From the NCBI GenBank assembly GCA_011109175.1, contig RDEW01000010.1:727837-791836 (forward strand): a DNA stretch of 64,000 bases, given 5' to 3'. The notes beneath the pieces are model-generated. The model was given only the letters and a program-made list of their open reading frames with translations. It did not search any database and was not told the DNA's origin. This document shows positions 46,930-59,282 of the stretch, piece by piece; position 1 is the stretch's first letter, and each line of letters starts with the position of its first letter. The translations under genes and the position numbers were made by a program. Source of the stretch: Dicyema japonicum (lineage: Eukaryota > Animalia > Dicyemida).

Positions 46930-47400
46930 ATGATTATTATTAAAAACCAAAAATCACCGACAAATTAATTAACTACATAGCCGTCAGGTGATTCCGGCCG
47001 CCTCGTCGAATAGCCATCTCATTCTTGCTCGATGTTCTTCCTGGGTTCCAACGCATTTCCGGATTGGGCGGGGGTTTCTAACTTTTTTGGAGGGTAGTAA
47101 GGCTCCGGTTTTCCTCACTAATTCCTCAAAGGGTGTAGGGTTTAGAGGTTTCCAAGAAAACCTTTGCAAAGCCTTACTGGCCATTTTTTGGAAGGTATTG
47201 ATTTTTTCTATATTCCTGTTTGATAGGTTGGTTCCCCATGCAGCACACCCGTAAGTTAGAGACGGTTGAATATACTGCACGTAGAGCGAGTCCAAATTTG
47301 AGTTGAAACACCCATTATATTGTCTAAGGAGTGTTTTAACAAAATTTAGCTTTCGTTGTGCCAAAGAGATGACGTTGTCTATGTGTTTGCTGAAGGTCAA
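46930..47400 (-). mobile_element. Vingi-like 3' fragment
   Basis: TFSKHI, YIQPSLTYGCAAWG, RPIRKCVGTQEEHRARMRWLFDEAAGIT*. Confidence 0.85.
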
Positions 47401-47429
47401 GAGTGGGTCGTAAGATTCATAAAGTTTTT

Positions 47430-48900
47430 AAATAAATTTAATGTATAAAAGATGCAGAATCTCTGGATGGGCATGAAGGCTATCGCTACCTCGGAGTGTT
47501 AGAAGACAAAGGAAGTAGTGTCATGAATCTGAAGTTTTACGTACTATCGCTGAAAATGTGAGAAAGTTGATAATAAACTTGGTACATACTAAGTTCAGTG
47601 CTGTAGATCTCTTTAAAACAATTAACGAGCATGCCTATCCCTTTATTGGCTTAATTAACATGGAACCGAAGGAATTTGAGTCTATTGATGTTGAAATTCG
47701 ACGTATTTTTTAACAGAGTATAAAGTACATCTAAATCCTGCTAACAAGGAAAGATTATATATTAATCGTTGCTAAACTTGGAAGAGAACTTGTTTCAATT
47801 TTCATAAAAGTGAATGTATTTGTATAACATATCCTTGCTGATTTGGAAAGGTCCAGCATTTGTATCTCAGAAAAATGGAATCCTGCGGGTCCTTAAAAAC
47901 TAAAGAAAAAACGCACATGACTACAATCACAGGATTCCTTGCTTTCAAGTGCAAAATGGATCTAACTCAAAGTTAAACATAAAGACTATCAGAGAAAGCC
48001 AGGAGAAAGGCCTGACTGATTCTATCGAGAAGAAACAACTTCACTATATGCTGTTAACAGTTTAACAGATATGACGGAACGTTGATCTGGCCGGGTCTTC
48101 GGAGTGGTCAACCAGTGGAAATAATAGCCAGAGATCAGAGGATGGATTGTTTTGCTTCAGGAAGGAACTTGTTTTTTTGAATACCAATGAATTCAGTTTA
48201 ATGATTATAAAATCATTGCAAAAAGGCTAAAAACCAGTGGATCATTTTGCTACACGTTGTAGCAGAATGCTCAATGGTGATTATGTGAGGATGCATAACG
48301 AAGTTGTAGATGCATTCAAAAATCTTAACGTTTAAAAACAACACTCAGTTCAATCAATTGTTACGACGCAGTGGAAATTCGACTGGACACTTCTATCATG
48401 ACTGAAAATGAAGTTCAACACAATAACCAGATATTTTAGTGAATGACAAAAATGAAGAATGAGATTGTTATTATACAAGTTGAAATCACCTCACAACAAG
48501 CACTCAAGCATACAGAAGTTGAAAAGCTACACAAGTATGACTTGTTCGCTGGAGAATTGAGAATGTTATACGATGCTCCTATAAGAATTATTAATTCGGT
48601 TTTGACATGAAACGGGATTATCTCCCCCTGGTAGAGAACTGATTTGAAAACCCTATCTATAGATGTGGCAATAAGAGCGTATATTCAACCGGTGGTTTTT
48701 AAAAAAGACATTGGAAAGTATTATTGTTGAGCACAAACATGGAGTCAAGACAGCAACTGATGAAATCCTATACGCGTGAGGCGACTGGAAGAGCGGACAA
48801 CTCATTATATTGGCGAGGCGGCGGACCCACAGTCTGAGGAGGCAATGGAAGTCATGTGGATGGCTGGTGAAGACCCTCGCAAAAGAAGGAAATGTTAATT
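47430..48900 (+). mobile_element. Decayed RLE-type (R4/NeSL-like) LINE 3' part
   Basis: GYRYLGVLED, KERLY, VDHFATRCSRML..DY..MHNEVV, HNKPDIL, EVEKLHKYDL. Confidence 0.8.
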
Positions 48901-48996
48901 TTGCCTAATCATGGTTAACATTAATTTTACATAATTAAGAAAAAGAAAATAAATTCTTTCAATAAATTTAATTAAATCAAAATTTCACATAAATTC

Positions 48997-49362
48997 TCAC
49001 CGATTGCACGACAAAAATACCTGTTCCATATATTCTACTACATCAGAGACCAATACAAAGATGATTGTACTTGGTTGGACGAACATGTCTTTGGAAGTGA
49101 GAATATAATATCCCGACATTAAACTCCCGATCATTTCAGGATTGTTGCCCAAATAGTACTTTGAACCAGCAGAATCAATGTATTCGACCCATCCGTTTTG
49201 TTTTGCACTGAAGAAAATATTCTTAGACATTTCTGTATTCATAAATTTAAGGGATATTGAATAGCAGATAACATCAGTCGTCTGTTCTGCAATAAAAAAA
49301 TACTAAAATAATGCAAAACTAATACATAAAGTCAGTGATAAATTAATATTTAAAGCAACCAT
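48997..49362 (-). CDS. Possible small orphan gene
   Basis: 81 aa ORF at 48997-49242, open further upstream to a TTTTAG acceptor. A 23-nt GT-AG at 49303-49325 and an ATG at 49362 would add a hydrophobic leader only if one T is removed from a T7 run. Confidence 0.25.
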
Positions 49363-49849
49363 TGAATATTTGTTTCTAAATTTAATTTATTTATTAAATG
49401 AGATTAATTTATTTAAATTAAATATAAAAAATAATTAGATTAATCTAGGGAGTTTGAATCGTCATGCTGTTCCCTCTGATGGTAACTATCGTTATACGTA
49501 CTCGAAGCCATCCAGTCTCACGTGGATCCGAGATTAACGGTGATATTGGAGCAAAATTTTAATTTAATAGGAACGAATCAGGCACCACCCGCCAAGAGAC
49601 AGTGAACATTGCCTCACATGATCGCAATTCCAAGGCGTAGGGAAAACCATCTCTGTTCACAGGCTCTGGAATTGTTAGAGTGGAGTTGTATAGCTAAGCG
49701 ATTTTTCAAGTTTTTGCACTTAATTCACCTTGCAAAGAACCATCAGACATTTATTTTAGATACTATTTCCGGGACGTACTCTTGGTTCACTTTCAGCTTT
49801 CTGGAAGAAATCCTTAGACCATCAGAAGTCGGCCGTTGTGCTTCAACCG

Positions 49850-50170
49850 AACGTCAATAAATGAACTACACTCTTTCGGCGGAACTGAAGATCGACATTG
49901 CCCTAATTCAAGAGACAAAACTCCCTACAAACAGTCCTACCTTTGTTTCAAATTCTTCTCACTTTGTACCGAAGATACTTTAAATGCGTAGACATCACTT
50001 CCTAAGTGAAAAACCTTATAGGAACAACGATGTTGCAGAAATCATTGTGATCTCACTTAGAATAACAAATCTAAAAATTTTTCATATGAACATTCATGAT
50101 CATTACATTACGTCCCACACGTGGTTTTTACCAAAAAGCCATGTTATCAACGACTTGTATACTTTGTTTA
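49850..50170 (+). mobile_element. LINE APE fragment
   Basis: IDIALIQETKLP. Confidence 0.45.
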
Positions 50171-50329
50171 CTTCTTTATTGAGTCTAAGAGAAAGATTTC
50201 TCAATAACTGTTCAAAGGGCGACAAAGAAAACGACAAACCGACGGAAACGGTAACACCTTGAATTACCTTTTTATCAGGGATGACGACACCTCATATTTT
50301 GAGTAGGTTTCACTTGTGTTGGGAAGTGT

Positions 50330-51350
50330 TGGTTTTAAAATAATAAAATTTTAGGACATTTTAAAAAAGTACAATTAGGACATCTTATGAAAAAATAGGC
50401 CAATTTTATTATTTTTTATTTTTAAATAAATAATTTATTATGGAAAAAGTGAGCAAATGGTTTATAGCGGCCGACTGAGTGGCTTTTTACAGAAATAGAA
50501 CTGATCTTTACAAAATCTGCATTTTCGGAATAATAAAAATGCCGCTTCTAAGAAACTCACAATCTTGTGATAATTACATATGTAAATAATTTAATCTCAT
50601 CAAACATAGTTCAGCGCTTTATTGATTTCGAAAGACATGATAATTTAATTTAAGGAATAGATTTTTTATATAACTATTCCCTAATTTTTGAATTGGAATA
50701 TTGGCATTTAAAAATGCTTTAACCAAAAAGATATCCAGTTTTCTTCGTTATCTTCAGTAAGAAAAAGTTGACTAATCTCCATACTTTTAGTATTCAATCT
50801 GATGTCTTTTTCCATTAAGATGTAGATCGGTGTAGTATTGTTAGATGATTTTATATCTTAGAGCATTTTTGGCAAAATAAATCCAATTTAGGTGATCTTG
50901 TGTGTCTTTTGAAATCCGTTCCTTGTCTTATCCAGATAGGATTGCGTATACGTTTGCACGTAATACGGCAATCCCGATGCGTTATCTAGCTTTTTTTTAC
51001 TAGCTAGTTTCCCTCCTATTTCTTTCAAAAAAACTGCAGTTAGGGATCCAACGGCTTTCGAATTTGAAAAAAAATTATTAAAAAAAACCATGTAAAATTT
51101 TTAGATTTAAATTTTGATTTTTTAATAAAATAAATGAAAAAAATTAGTATAAACAATTTGAGAATTGGCCAATTTCTTAGGAAAATTGGCTTTTTTGAAC
51201 GACTGACGTGAACTTTTAGCCATAAATTGGCCAATTCATGGGTTGACCAATTGAGGGACTTCATGTACAAACAAAATTAAAATAATTATGTCCTATTTTA
51301 GGACAATTTTATCTTTGAAGTAGGACAAACAGGACAATTTCAGCCCTAGT
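50330..51350 (-). mobile_element. hAT-like (CGGBP-related) element remnant
   Basis: End CACTAGGGCTGAAATTGTCC; repeated AGGACA/GGCCAATT subterminal motifs; VKAFLNANIPIQKL. Confidence 0.55.
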
Positions 51351-51836
51351 GATAACCATTTACCATGTAAGTGCTTTTGTAGGCAAATTACTGGACTTCG
51401 TCAACTTCGAATGATGTGATCATCGAATAGAAACATAAATTCTGAACACTTCCTATAACTCACAAGAATAAAATTATTGTTATCGCAAACCGGTCCCCAG
51501 ACGGTCATGAATGAGCAGTTAAAACATTAAGAACTCTCTAGAGAGAGATGACCAGACAACTTCGCCTCTACTAGTCTTTGCTATCCCACCTTGTCTGCAA
51601 AAACGACCTAATCTGCCACTTGCGACTCAAAAGTGACCATAATCACATTCCTTTGAAGAGAGAATTCTTGATTGGAAGATTTCATGGCACTTCAACTAAA
51701 AATGTTCTAACTTTAGACTACAGCGCAATTACTGTCGCTTAGTAAAAATATTAATTAATAGTTGCCATAGAAACACGGAAAAATTTCATTTAGTAATTAA
51801 ACATAAAAAAGCAACAAATAAAACAAATTATAAAGT

Positions 51837-54534
51837 TCAAGCAACATATCTACCCATTTGTTGATAACGTGCAGAACCCTCCATATCAACAAACTCCTCC
51901 TTTATAATTCTCACAACTTCACGTTTGGCACGATCCAATGACATTTGAGAAAGTCCAGCAATTGAAAGATATAACTTTCTCTCACCAGGAGGACACTTTT
52001 TACCATTCTCCACAAAAGTTCCACAGACAGTAATACTGGCACCACATGCATACTCCTCAATCTGTGACAACACATCCCTCTGAGATATCTTCCATCGAAC
52101 TGCCTTTGGAAACTCATTAATCTCCAATTCTGTGTCAAACCGTTGATATTTTTCAGCCTCCTTTGAGTAAATATTTGGAGATGGAACATATCCCAACTTT
52201 TCGTGAAATACTTCAGCAATCTCTTCGGCACGTGTTCTAAGATCGATAATGTCCTGTGAATTGGCCTGAGGGATCTCCATTTCTTGTAGGCGTGCCTTCT
52301 CAATCTTAGAACGATTGGCCTCCTTACGAGCAGTGACAGACAAACTGGACAAATCAGAACTACTAGACAATCCCTTCAGCACTTTATTAATCTTATTCTC
52401 AATCTCCGTAGCATTCTCATCAGCATCACCAACCTCCACCATATCAGAGACAAAACCAAACATGGCTCGTTGTTCGTTAGCATAATTGACAGATTCAATT
52501 TCATTAAATTTATATCCACGTCCAGCAAATCCATTCTTTTTACAAAACTTCTTTCCTTGTTCACCCATTTTTTGTAAATATGACTCAGCCAATGTCTCCA
52601 ATTCTGGGGGAACATGAGCGTTTGATATTTTAAGAGCCTCAACCAGTTCTATAGAGCTCCTTTCCTCACTTGGAGTAATAAATGTGAAAGCATATCCTTT
52701 ATTTCCAGCCCTCCCGGTCCTTCCACATCGATGCACATAGTCTTCATAGTGACTAGGACAACAGTAGTTCACAACCAGTATTAAATCCCTTACGTCCAAA
52801 CCCCGAGAAGCCAGTGAGGTTGATATTAGTAATCTAATATCCCCATTCTTGAAATCTTTGAATATAGACTCTCTGTCGTACTGGTCAACCCCACCATGCA
52901 TTGCCATGCATGGATATCCATGTCTTAGCAGTTTCTTCAACAAGTCATCAGCATTCTCTTGAGTGTCCACAAAAACCAAAGTAGAGCCACGTTCTCCATA
53001 TATCCCCAATATCTCCAATAGTTTTAGTAGCTTTTGATCATCATCTAGTAACAACTACATGTTGTTCCACATCACTACAAACCATATTTCTTTCCCCAAT
53101 TTGAATTTCAATGGGATTCTTCAAGGATCTACGTATTTGAGCCTCTAACTGTCGTGGGAATGTAGCAGAAAAAAGAGCCACTTGTTTGTCAGGTCTAGTA
53201 TTGTCGAGAATTCTCATAACATGCGGCTCAAAACCAAGGTCAAACATTCTATCAGCCTCATCAATACAAACAAAGGTAACTCTCTTCAAATTAGTGACCC
53301 TTCCATTATTAGCAGCCAACATATCGATGAACCTTCCAGGGGTGCACACAACAATCTCAGCCCCCCGCTTGAGAACTGCAATCTGATCTGATATAGAAGT
53401 TCCCCCATAAATACAAGCAACAGTGATTGAATGTAACCTTGCAAACTTTCTAATATCTCTCGATACTTGAATACAAAGTTCTCTTGTAGGAGTCATCACA
53501 ATAGCTATAGGACCATCCCCGGGTTCCATAGGACTCTGTTCCCTCACATGTCGTATTATAGGCAAAGCAAAGGCCAAAGTTTTCCCAGAACCAGTTTTAG
53601 CAATACCAATTACATTAAACCCCGAAAGGAGAGTAACAATAGACTGTGCCTGTATCGGAGTGGGCACTGCAAAGTTGTTTAATTTTAGTGTATTCAAAAA
53701 TTTGAGTGATAATCCCATCTGTGCCCACGTTCTTACTGGTCGTGGAGCCTTCTTCCCTTTTACTTTAATATCATCCATTTGTCTTCTCAAAGTATTCACT
53801 TGTTCCGGTGTCATAGCCGCAATCTCAGGAACTGGTTGGTAGAACACCTTTCTGAACGGTTGATAATCCACAGTACTGTGATCTACCACCACAATCTTCT
53901 CTGTTTTACATTTAAACTTCTTTAGTGCTTCCTCAATGTCCTCTTCCCCTCCTTCAGAATATTCGTCAACATCCAAAGTGTCCATAACCTGTCCCTTATC
54001 GTTTCTCCATATCTTTTTACTTTTTTTCTCGATACTCGTTATTACACCGTCAGGTCCTCTTACATATCGAGAATTCCACATTTCCGTCTGCAACTCTGTC
54101 ATGTAAACATCTAAACTGTCCACTTCTTCTCCTCTGGTTCTTTTCTTACTTCCACGACCTCCTCAGGCTCGCTTTGGGGTTGATCTGGGGAGTCGGCCTT
54201 CTCAGTAATATTCTGACTTTCCCGCCATGCCTGGAGTCGTTGACGTCGAATCTCCTCAATTCTGATTCCGAGGGAGCTTTTGGCTCGACATTGGCAACTC
54301 TCTTTGACGCTTCCTCATCATAAGAGGACGAATGCTTACGTTTCTCACCCTCTGATACAGGTGAGTTGACACGTTCGTCAAGAACTTTATCTCCTTTATC
54401 CCTGTGCTTGGATCTGTGTGATTCTAAACATTAATATAATTGAATTAACTTCGAGGGCTTTTGTCCCTTGATGATTTTTTGTGATGTTTTCGGTGTTTGT
54501 GACGCTTTTCGCTTGATCGACTACGTGATGGCAT
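51837..54534 (-). CDS. DDX46: DEAD-box RNA helicase DDX46/Prp5 (U2 snRNP-associated)
   Basis: RS/basic N-terminus, RRQRLQAWRE, DSLDVYM, GIAKTGSGKT, PTREL, DEAD, SAT, HRCGRTGRAG, C-terminal LEINEFP..VRW/KH-like region. One 26-nt intron at 54424-54449. Three single-base frameshifts (~54260, ~54130, ~53050). Confidence 0.95.
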
Positions 54535-54829
54535 TTTAACTATAAACATTAGTAAATTATTAATAGTGTAGTTATCAATGATTATAATAATTGTTTTTAC
54601 GCGTTAATTTAACTATTTATGTATGGTTAAATTAAAAAATTAAAGTGATGCAAACACCTGACAACAAACAACAAAGTTATAAAAATATCTTTTTCAATTA
54701 ATTTAAATTATTATTTAATTAATAAAATTAAATTATAATTTTTAATTATGAATGGTTCATTATAATCATATTATTATTCTGAATAAACTATGTTTATGGC
54801 TTTGGGAAAATCAATTGACTGCTAGCCCG

Positions 54830-55410
54830 GAGAACTCGGTGTTGACCCTATTACGACAAACAGAAGAATAGGGAAAGTATCAATTGACGTCACACTGGAT
54901 GGGAAGAATATCCCGCAAAACAAGTTCCAGAAAATCCTAGGAGTTACTTTTGAAACTTTCTTAACCTTTACAAAACATGTCGAAAATATGATGTTGACTT
55001 GTACAAGGAAAATTAACTTCCTGAAAGCGTTCTTGGGAAACCTAAGAGACAAAAAAGATCTGAGTGGACTGGATGTCATATACAAACAGTAATCGAGTCT
55101 ATAATAGGATACGCATGTAATGTCTGGGGATCTAACCTTGCTGCAACGAATTTGGACAAGATCTGCAACATTCACGTTTAGGCAGCAAACCTACTAAGGA
55201 AATCTTCCCGTGTGGAAATCCTAGAAAAAATGATAGAGGCGACTGGAACAGTACCACTGCAAAGGACTCGAGTATGTGGATTCTTTCCATATCGGAAATG
55301 CGTAGGAACTCAGTCGGAATACCGAGAAAAGATGCGAAGACTGTTGATAAAGGCCGGGATCGCCTGAATTTTGTTTATTTTGGCTATGACGATGATTTTC
55401 TGGTTCAAAA
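54830..55410 (+). mobile_element. Vingi-like 3' fragment with (TAA)n tail
   Basis: KILGVTFE..LTFTKHV, IRKCVGTQSEYREKMRRLLIKAGIA*. Confidence 0.8.
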
Positions 55411-55725
55411 ATAATAATAATCGTTAAAGACAATTGAGGCGTTATAACGCGTTTGTTTTCCCTGTGCTTCTGTACTATTCTGGAACATATGGAGTCAATC
55501 AGGTACACTGGGAAAAGGAAAACCCCCACCACATAAGTGAAATTCACGAAGATCTTGGACTGTGAAGAAACTCTAAAATGCAAACGACCTAGATGTTCTT
55601 CGAACAATCGCCTTCTAAAGGAAAGCGTAGAGTAATCTAACATGGAAGATTGTCTACGGTGTAGCAGGAGTGACAAAGAGATAACTTTTTTTAGTTGCGT
55701 TTTCCAAAAATAATAATAGTAATAC
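55411..55725 (+). mobile_element. RTE 3' fragment
   Basis: RYNAFVFPVLLY..GTYG; TAA tail. Confidence 0.55.
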
Positions 55726-55737
55726 CTGATCAAATAC

Positions 55738-56248
55738 ACAATACAATCAAACATTTTTGTTACTTTTTTAATCTGAAATAAAAATATGAATAATCAGACT
55801 AACGTCAGGCGCATGATTTAATTAGGCAATTGCAAAAAAAGTGCACTTAAGGTTTGTCCTGTGTATGAATATTGAAATTTTATTTTTCAAGTAAATTTTA
55901 TCCGATAGTGGTCGAGACAACTGGAGGAATAAGTGGAAAATCACTTCGCTTCCTAAAGAAACTTGGACGCTTAGCTTCACTAAAAAGCCACGACAATACA
56001 ATCAAACATTTTTGTTACTTTTGTAATCTGAAATAAAAATATGAATAATCAGACTAACGTCAGGCCCATGATTTAATTAGGTAATTGCAAAAAAAGTGCA
56101 CTTAAGGTTTGTCCTGTGTATGAATATTGAAATTTTATTTTCAAGTAAATTTTATCCGATAGTGGTCGAGACAACTGGAGGAATAAGTGGAAAATCACTT
56201 CGCTTCCTAAAGAAACTTGGACGCTTAGCTACACTAAAAAGCCACGAC
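55738..56248 (+). repeat. Near-perfect 255 nt tandem duplication spanning the flank and the truncated 5' end of a CRE copy
   Basis: Units start at 55738 and 55993, with only a handful of differences. Confidence 0.92.
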
Positions 56249-56350
56249 GCACGTGAGACCCAGTAGCTACTCCAGTTGATCTCTGTTGCAGTTGTGAGAG
56301 GCAACGCAACGTCGATAATGTCGGCGGGGTCCACTTTGGATGGATGGCAG
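56155..56350 (+). mobile_element. CRE 3' fragment
   Basis: VVETTGGISGKSLRFLKKLG..ISVAVVRGNATSIMSAG. Confidence 0.85.
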
Positions 56351-56497
56351 TTTTAAATATGCTTTACTGGGGATAAATTGGAAACTATGTTATAAATTAG
56401 GTTATAAAATAAATTAATTAGGTCAACTAAATTATAATATGATTATATGTATGATAGATTATTAAAGATTATATTTTTACATTATTTTACAAAAAAC

Positions 56498-56750
56498 GTG
56501 GCGCCATGTGGTGCTACGTGGATAGTTTGTCAAAATTATTTTCCTTCCTTCCGATAGCGTCACTAGATCCACCTTACTGAGGAGGCGCCCAATTCCTGGC
56601 CGGCATCAAGAGGATCCAACAATTCTTCCCCGAGGACAACGTCGTTACCTGGTGACAAGTTCTGGAGTGCTGGAACGAGTCAGGATCGAGATGTTAGTTA
56701 GTTTGGTTACCCTTGGTCTTTGGAAATAATTTTAATTTTTAAGATTATTA
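56498..56750 (+). mobile_element. ~250 nt non-autonomous Vingi derivative (leader, ribozyme, 3' end)
   Basis: Hairpin GTGGCGCC-ATGT-GGTGCTAC, ribozyme-like 56556-56616, then LERVRI-type codons and TTAGTTAGTTTGGTTACCCTTGGTCTTTGG. Confidence 0.78.
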
Positions 56751-57569
56751 TGGGGGACGTCACATGTATCAATTTTCTTACTACAAACATTGTCGAGAAA
56801 GAAATCTGGAACGGTAGCTTGGCGCTTGTCCCTTAACTACTACCAAGCAAACTATTTGGTAGTTGTTTGGTATGGAAATAAGTTGGGTATTTCTGTTTGC
56901 TACAAATGTAGTCAGTTTTCTCCACGATCAGGTGACCCATAAGAAAAAAAATTACATCCTTATCTGTACAGGAGTGGACAATCGTCCTCTCCACTATGCT
57001 TATCGTGCTTTCTTGACGACCAGAAGACGGGTCACCTCTTCTCTTGTCCGGGTCCACTTCCTAGTTCTGTACAGGACCAAATATACCTGTCGGAGCTCTG
57101 GGAGCGTCCGCTCTTGGCTGTAACGAAGAAATTGAAATATCAATTAGTTCAGAAAAGTCTAAATCCAAAGAAGAATTGAAATACCAATCAGTGAGCTGTA
57201 CTTAGTCTGCATCCGTATACAAAAGACACTCTGAACAAGTTCCCTCATCTACCATGACACATGATTCATTCTTAGTTAATCTGCAAGTAAAGAACAAGGC
57301 GTTGGGACGAATTAAGCGTTTCAATATTTTATCCAATTTAGTGTCTGTAAGGCACGAATTATTCTAAGGAAACCAGCAATATTCACACTTGATTTTTCCT
57401 CAAAAAACATGGACGCTTGTGTCGATGAGTTGGTTTGAACGTTTTCTTTCGGTATTGATGGAGATGTTATTTTTACATCCATCCTATATTCGTCCATTGT
57501 TGCTATGTAGAGAATTTTTTCTTGTGTCTCAGATGATCTCTTGGATCTTTACGAAACTCTAATACCTAG

Positions 57570-58140
57570 TTTCTTTTTCCAACGTTTCATGAAGGATTGT
57601 GTAGCCTCCCTGTTGAAAAATAACTCTAAAGTCAAAAGAAGAAATACGTCACTTGTGAGGATAGGCGTCACTTTTTGGGATCCATAGAATTGTTTTGAAT
57701 CTGATAGGAAATCGGTAACTAGATGCTTCCTATGCCAAAATTTGAACACATTGCGAATTTTTGCAAGGAAAAAGGAAGGCACTTAATTTGTGGTTGGGAA
57801 CACAATATGAGCTCTTGCTTGGCTAATGACAGTAAAAAATGCATTAACTGTTGGATAGTTAAAATTATATTCATCCCCAGTCTCTTTTCCGAGGCGGTGA
57901 CGTTCAAAAATGGTCAGGGCTATCTACGTATCTACAAGGAGCTAGGCGACCCATACAGAAGATTTGAGATCGACCATAAAAAAGATACTATGATATATTT
58001 TTTCTGCAGACATAAAAGAAGTCACTTCCGGAGTGCAGTTGGATCACTGGAGGAGCATTTTTTCGAGGAGAATTTGAAAGATGCTGGAGGCTGGGGTCAC
58101 CTAATTAGTGAGTTAATCCTTTTTTCTTGAGATTTTAATA
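57570..58140 (+). mobile_element. Vingi-like 3' fragment
   Basis: IGVTFWDP, IFIPSL, GGGGTCACCTAATTAG end. Confidence 0.55.
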
Positions 58141-58249
58141 TAAATTATTAAAATAAACCATCATGAAATTATGATCGGATTTTTTTGGCTGAACGTCTGA
58201 TGACTGTCGTGGGTTCGAATCTGAAAGATGGACTTTTCAGTAAAGGTCA

Positions 58250-59250
58250 ATTCTCATAAACCGGATCCCACCTGAGAAAAGACGAGTCCTCGCATGATAG
58301 TTGTAAAAAAGGGATGCTCTTTTTTCTCTCTGACAAACTCACTGGTGAAAATTGCCATTATGAAACCTCTTCCTCCTAATGGAATAGTTGTTTCCCCTAG
58401 CAACTGCCAGAGAATTCCTTTGGAACAGCTATTCGGTTTCCCGTTGCTCATTACTCACTTTCGATGTCAGTGATCTTAGAAGAATTCTTGAGTTAGTGGG
58501 ATCCGAATAAGGCTTTTTATTTTAAATGCTCTATCCTGAAAGAAAGGTCAATATTGGTGCCATAATCCAATTCCGTCAATGGACCTTAATTAAAAAAAAA
58601 TCGTCGAAAACTCTAATCAAGATTAATCTCTGCCCTCAAACTTTGAACAACAAAATAAAAACCAAAGACTAAAATCCATAGTTCAAATGGACTTGAGTAA
58701 TTTCCTCTTAAAAAAACCAGTCCAAAACAAAAGTAATTCGACTCGTCTCAAAAGTTGATTAAAGCCTACCAGAAGAAAACTAATAACCAAAATAAATTTT
58801 CTAACGTGACAAAATATTGCTCAAAAATCGCCTACAACGACCACAAGAAGTCGGATATTCCCTTCTTTTCCCAGAAAACTGAAAAGATATCAAGAGTCGA
58901 TTTATTTTACCGAAAACAACTGCAGTCATACGAAGATAGCTTACTCTCATGGTCCTGATTGGATTCCTATAATATTTCTAGAAGATTTTGGTGAACATAA
59001 CCATGACAAAATCTACAACTATTAATTAAACAAATTTTATATAGACATTGTAAAAACCTACAAACATTCATCCCATTCTGAATGGGAAACTAACAAATGA
59101 TTTACCATCTCATTCTTCGCTTTAAAAAAATGGTCGACATCTCCTAATCTTGCATCACTGTCCAATTTCACCCGTTCTGAGTTTTCGTACGAGCCTGGCC
59201 TTCACGATAACATGTTCCGCGAAGGGGATTGATTTTAAATTATCCCATCT
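58250..59250 (+). mobile_element. Penelope-like element remnant
   Basis: LPPNGIVVS..IPLE, RILELV, DLFYRK and PVLSFR-like motifs in shifting frames. Confidence 0.4.
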
Positions 59251-59282
59251 GAGAACTTTTCTGTTCTATTGATATCTACAGG

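Noticed and set aside
54138-54153. Possible 16-nt intron GTAAGAAAAGAACCAG in DDX46
   Set aside because: It restores the frame only by using a non-homologous reading. The homologous RRQRLQAWRE frame is better explained by two single-base deletions, and 16 nt is outside the 21-26 nt range.
57130-57540. Possible host exon or TE ORF1 (Cys-containing reading on the minus strand)
   Set aside because: Broken frames, no recognisable motif or mini-intron pattern
58185-58240. CTGATGA...GAAA next to the Penelope-like remnant (possible hammerhead or tRNA B-box)
   Set aside because: Stem II does not close and there is no NUH cleavage triplet in the right place; too degenerate to call either way
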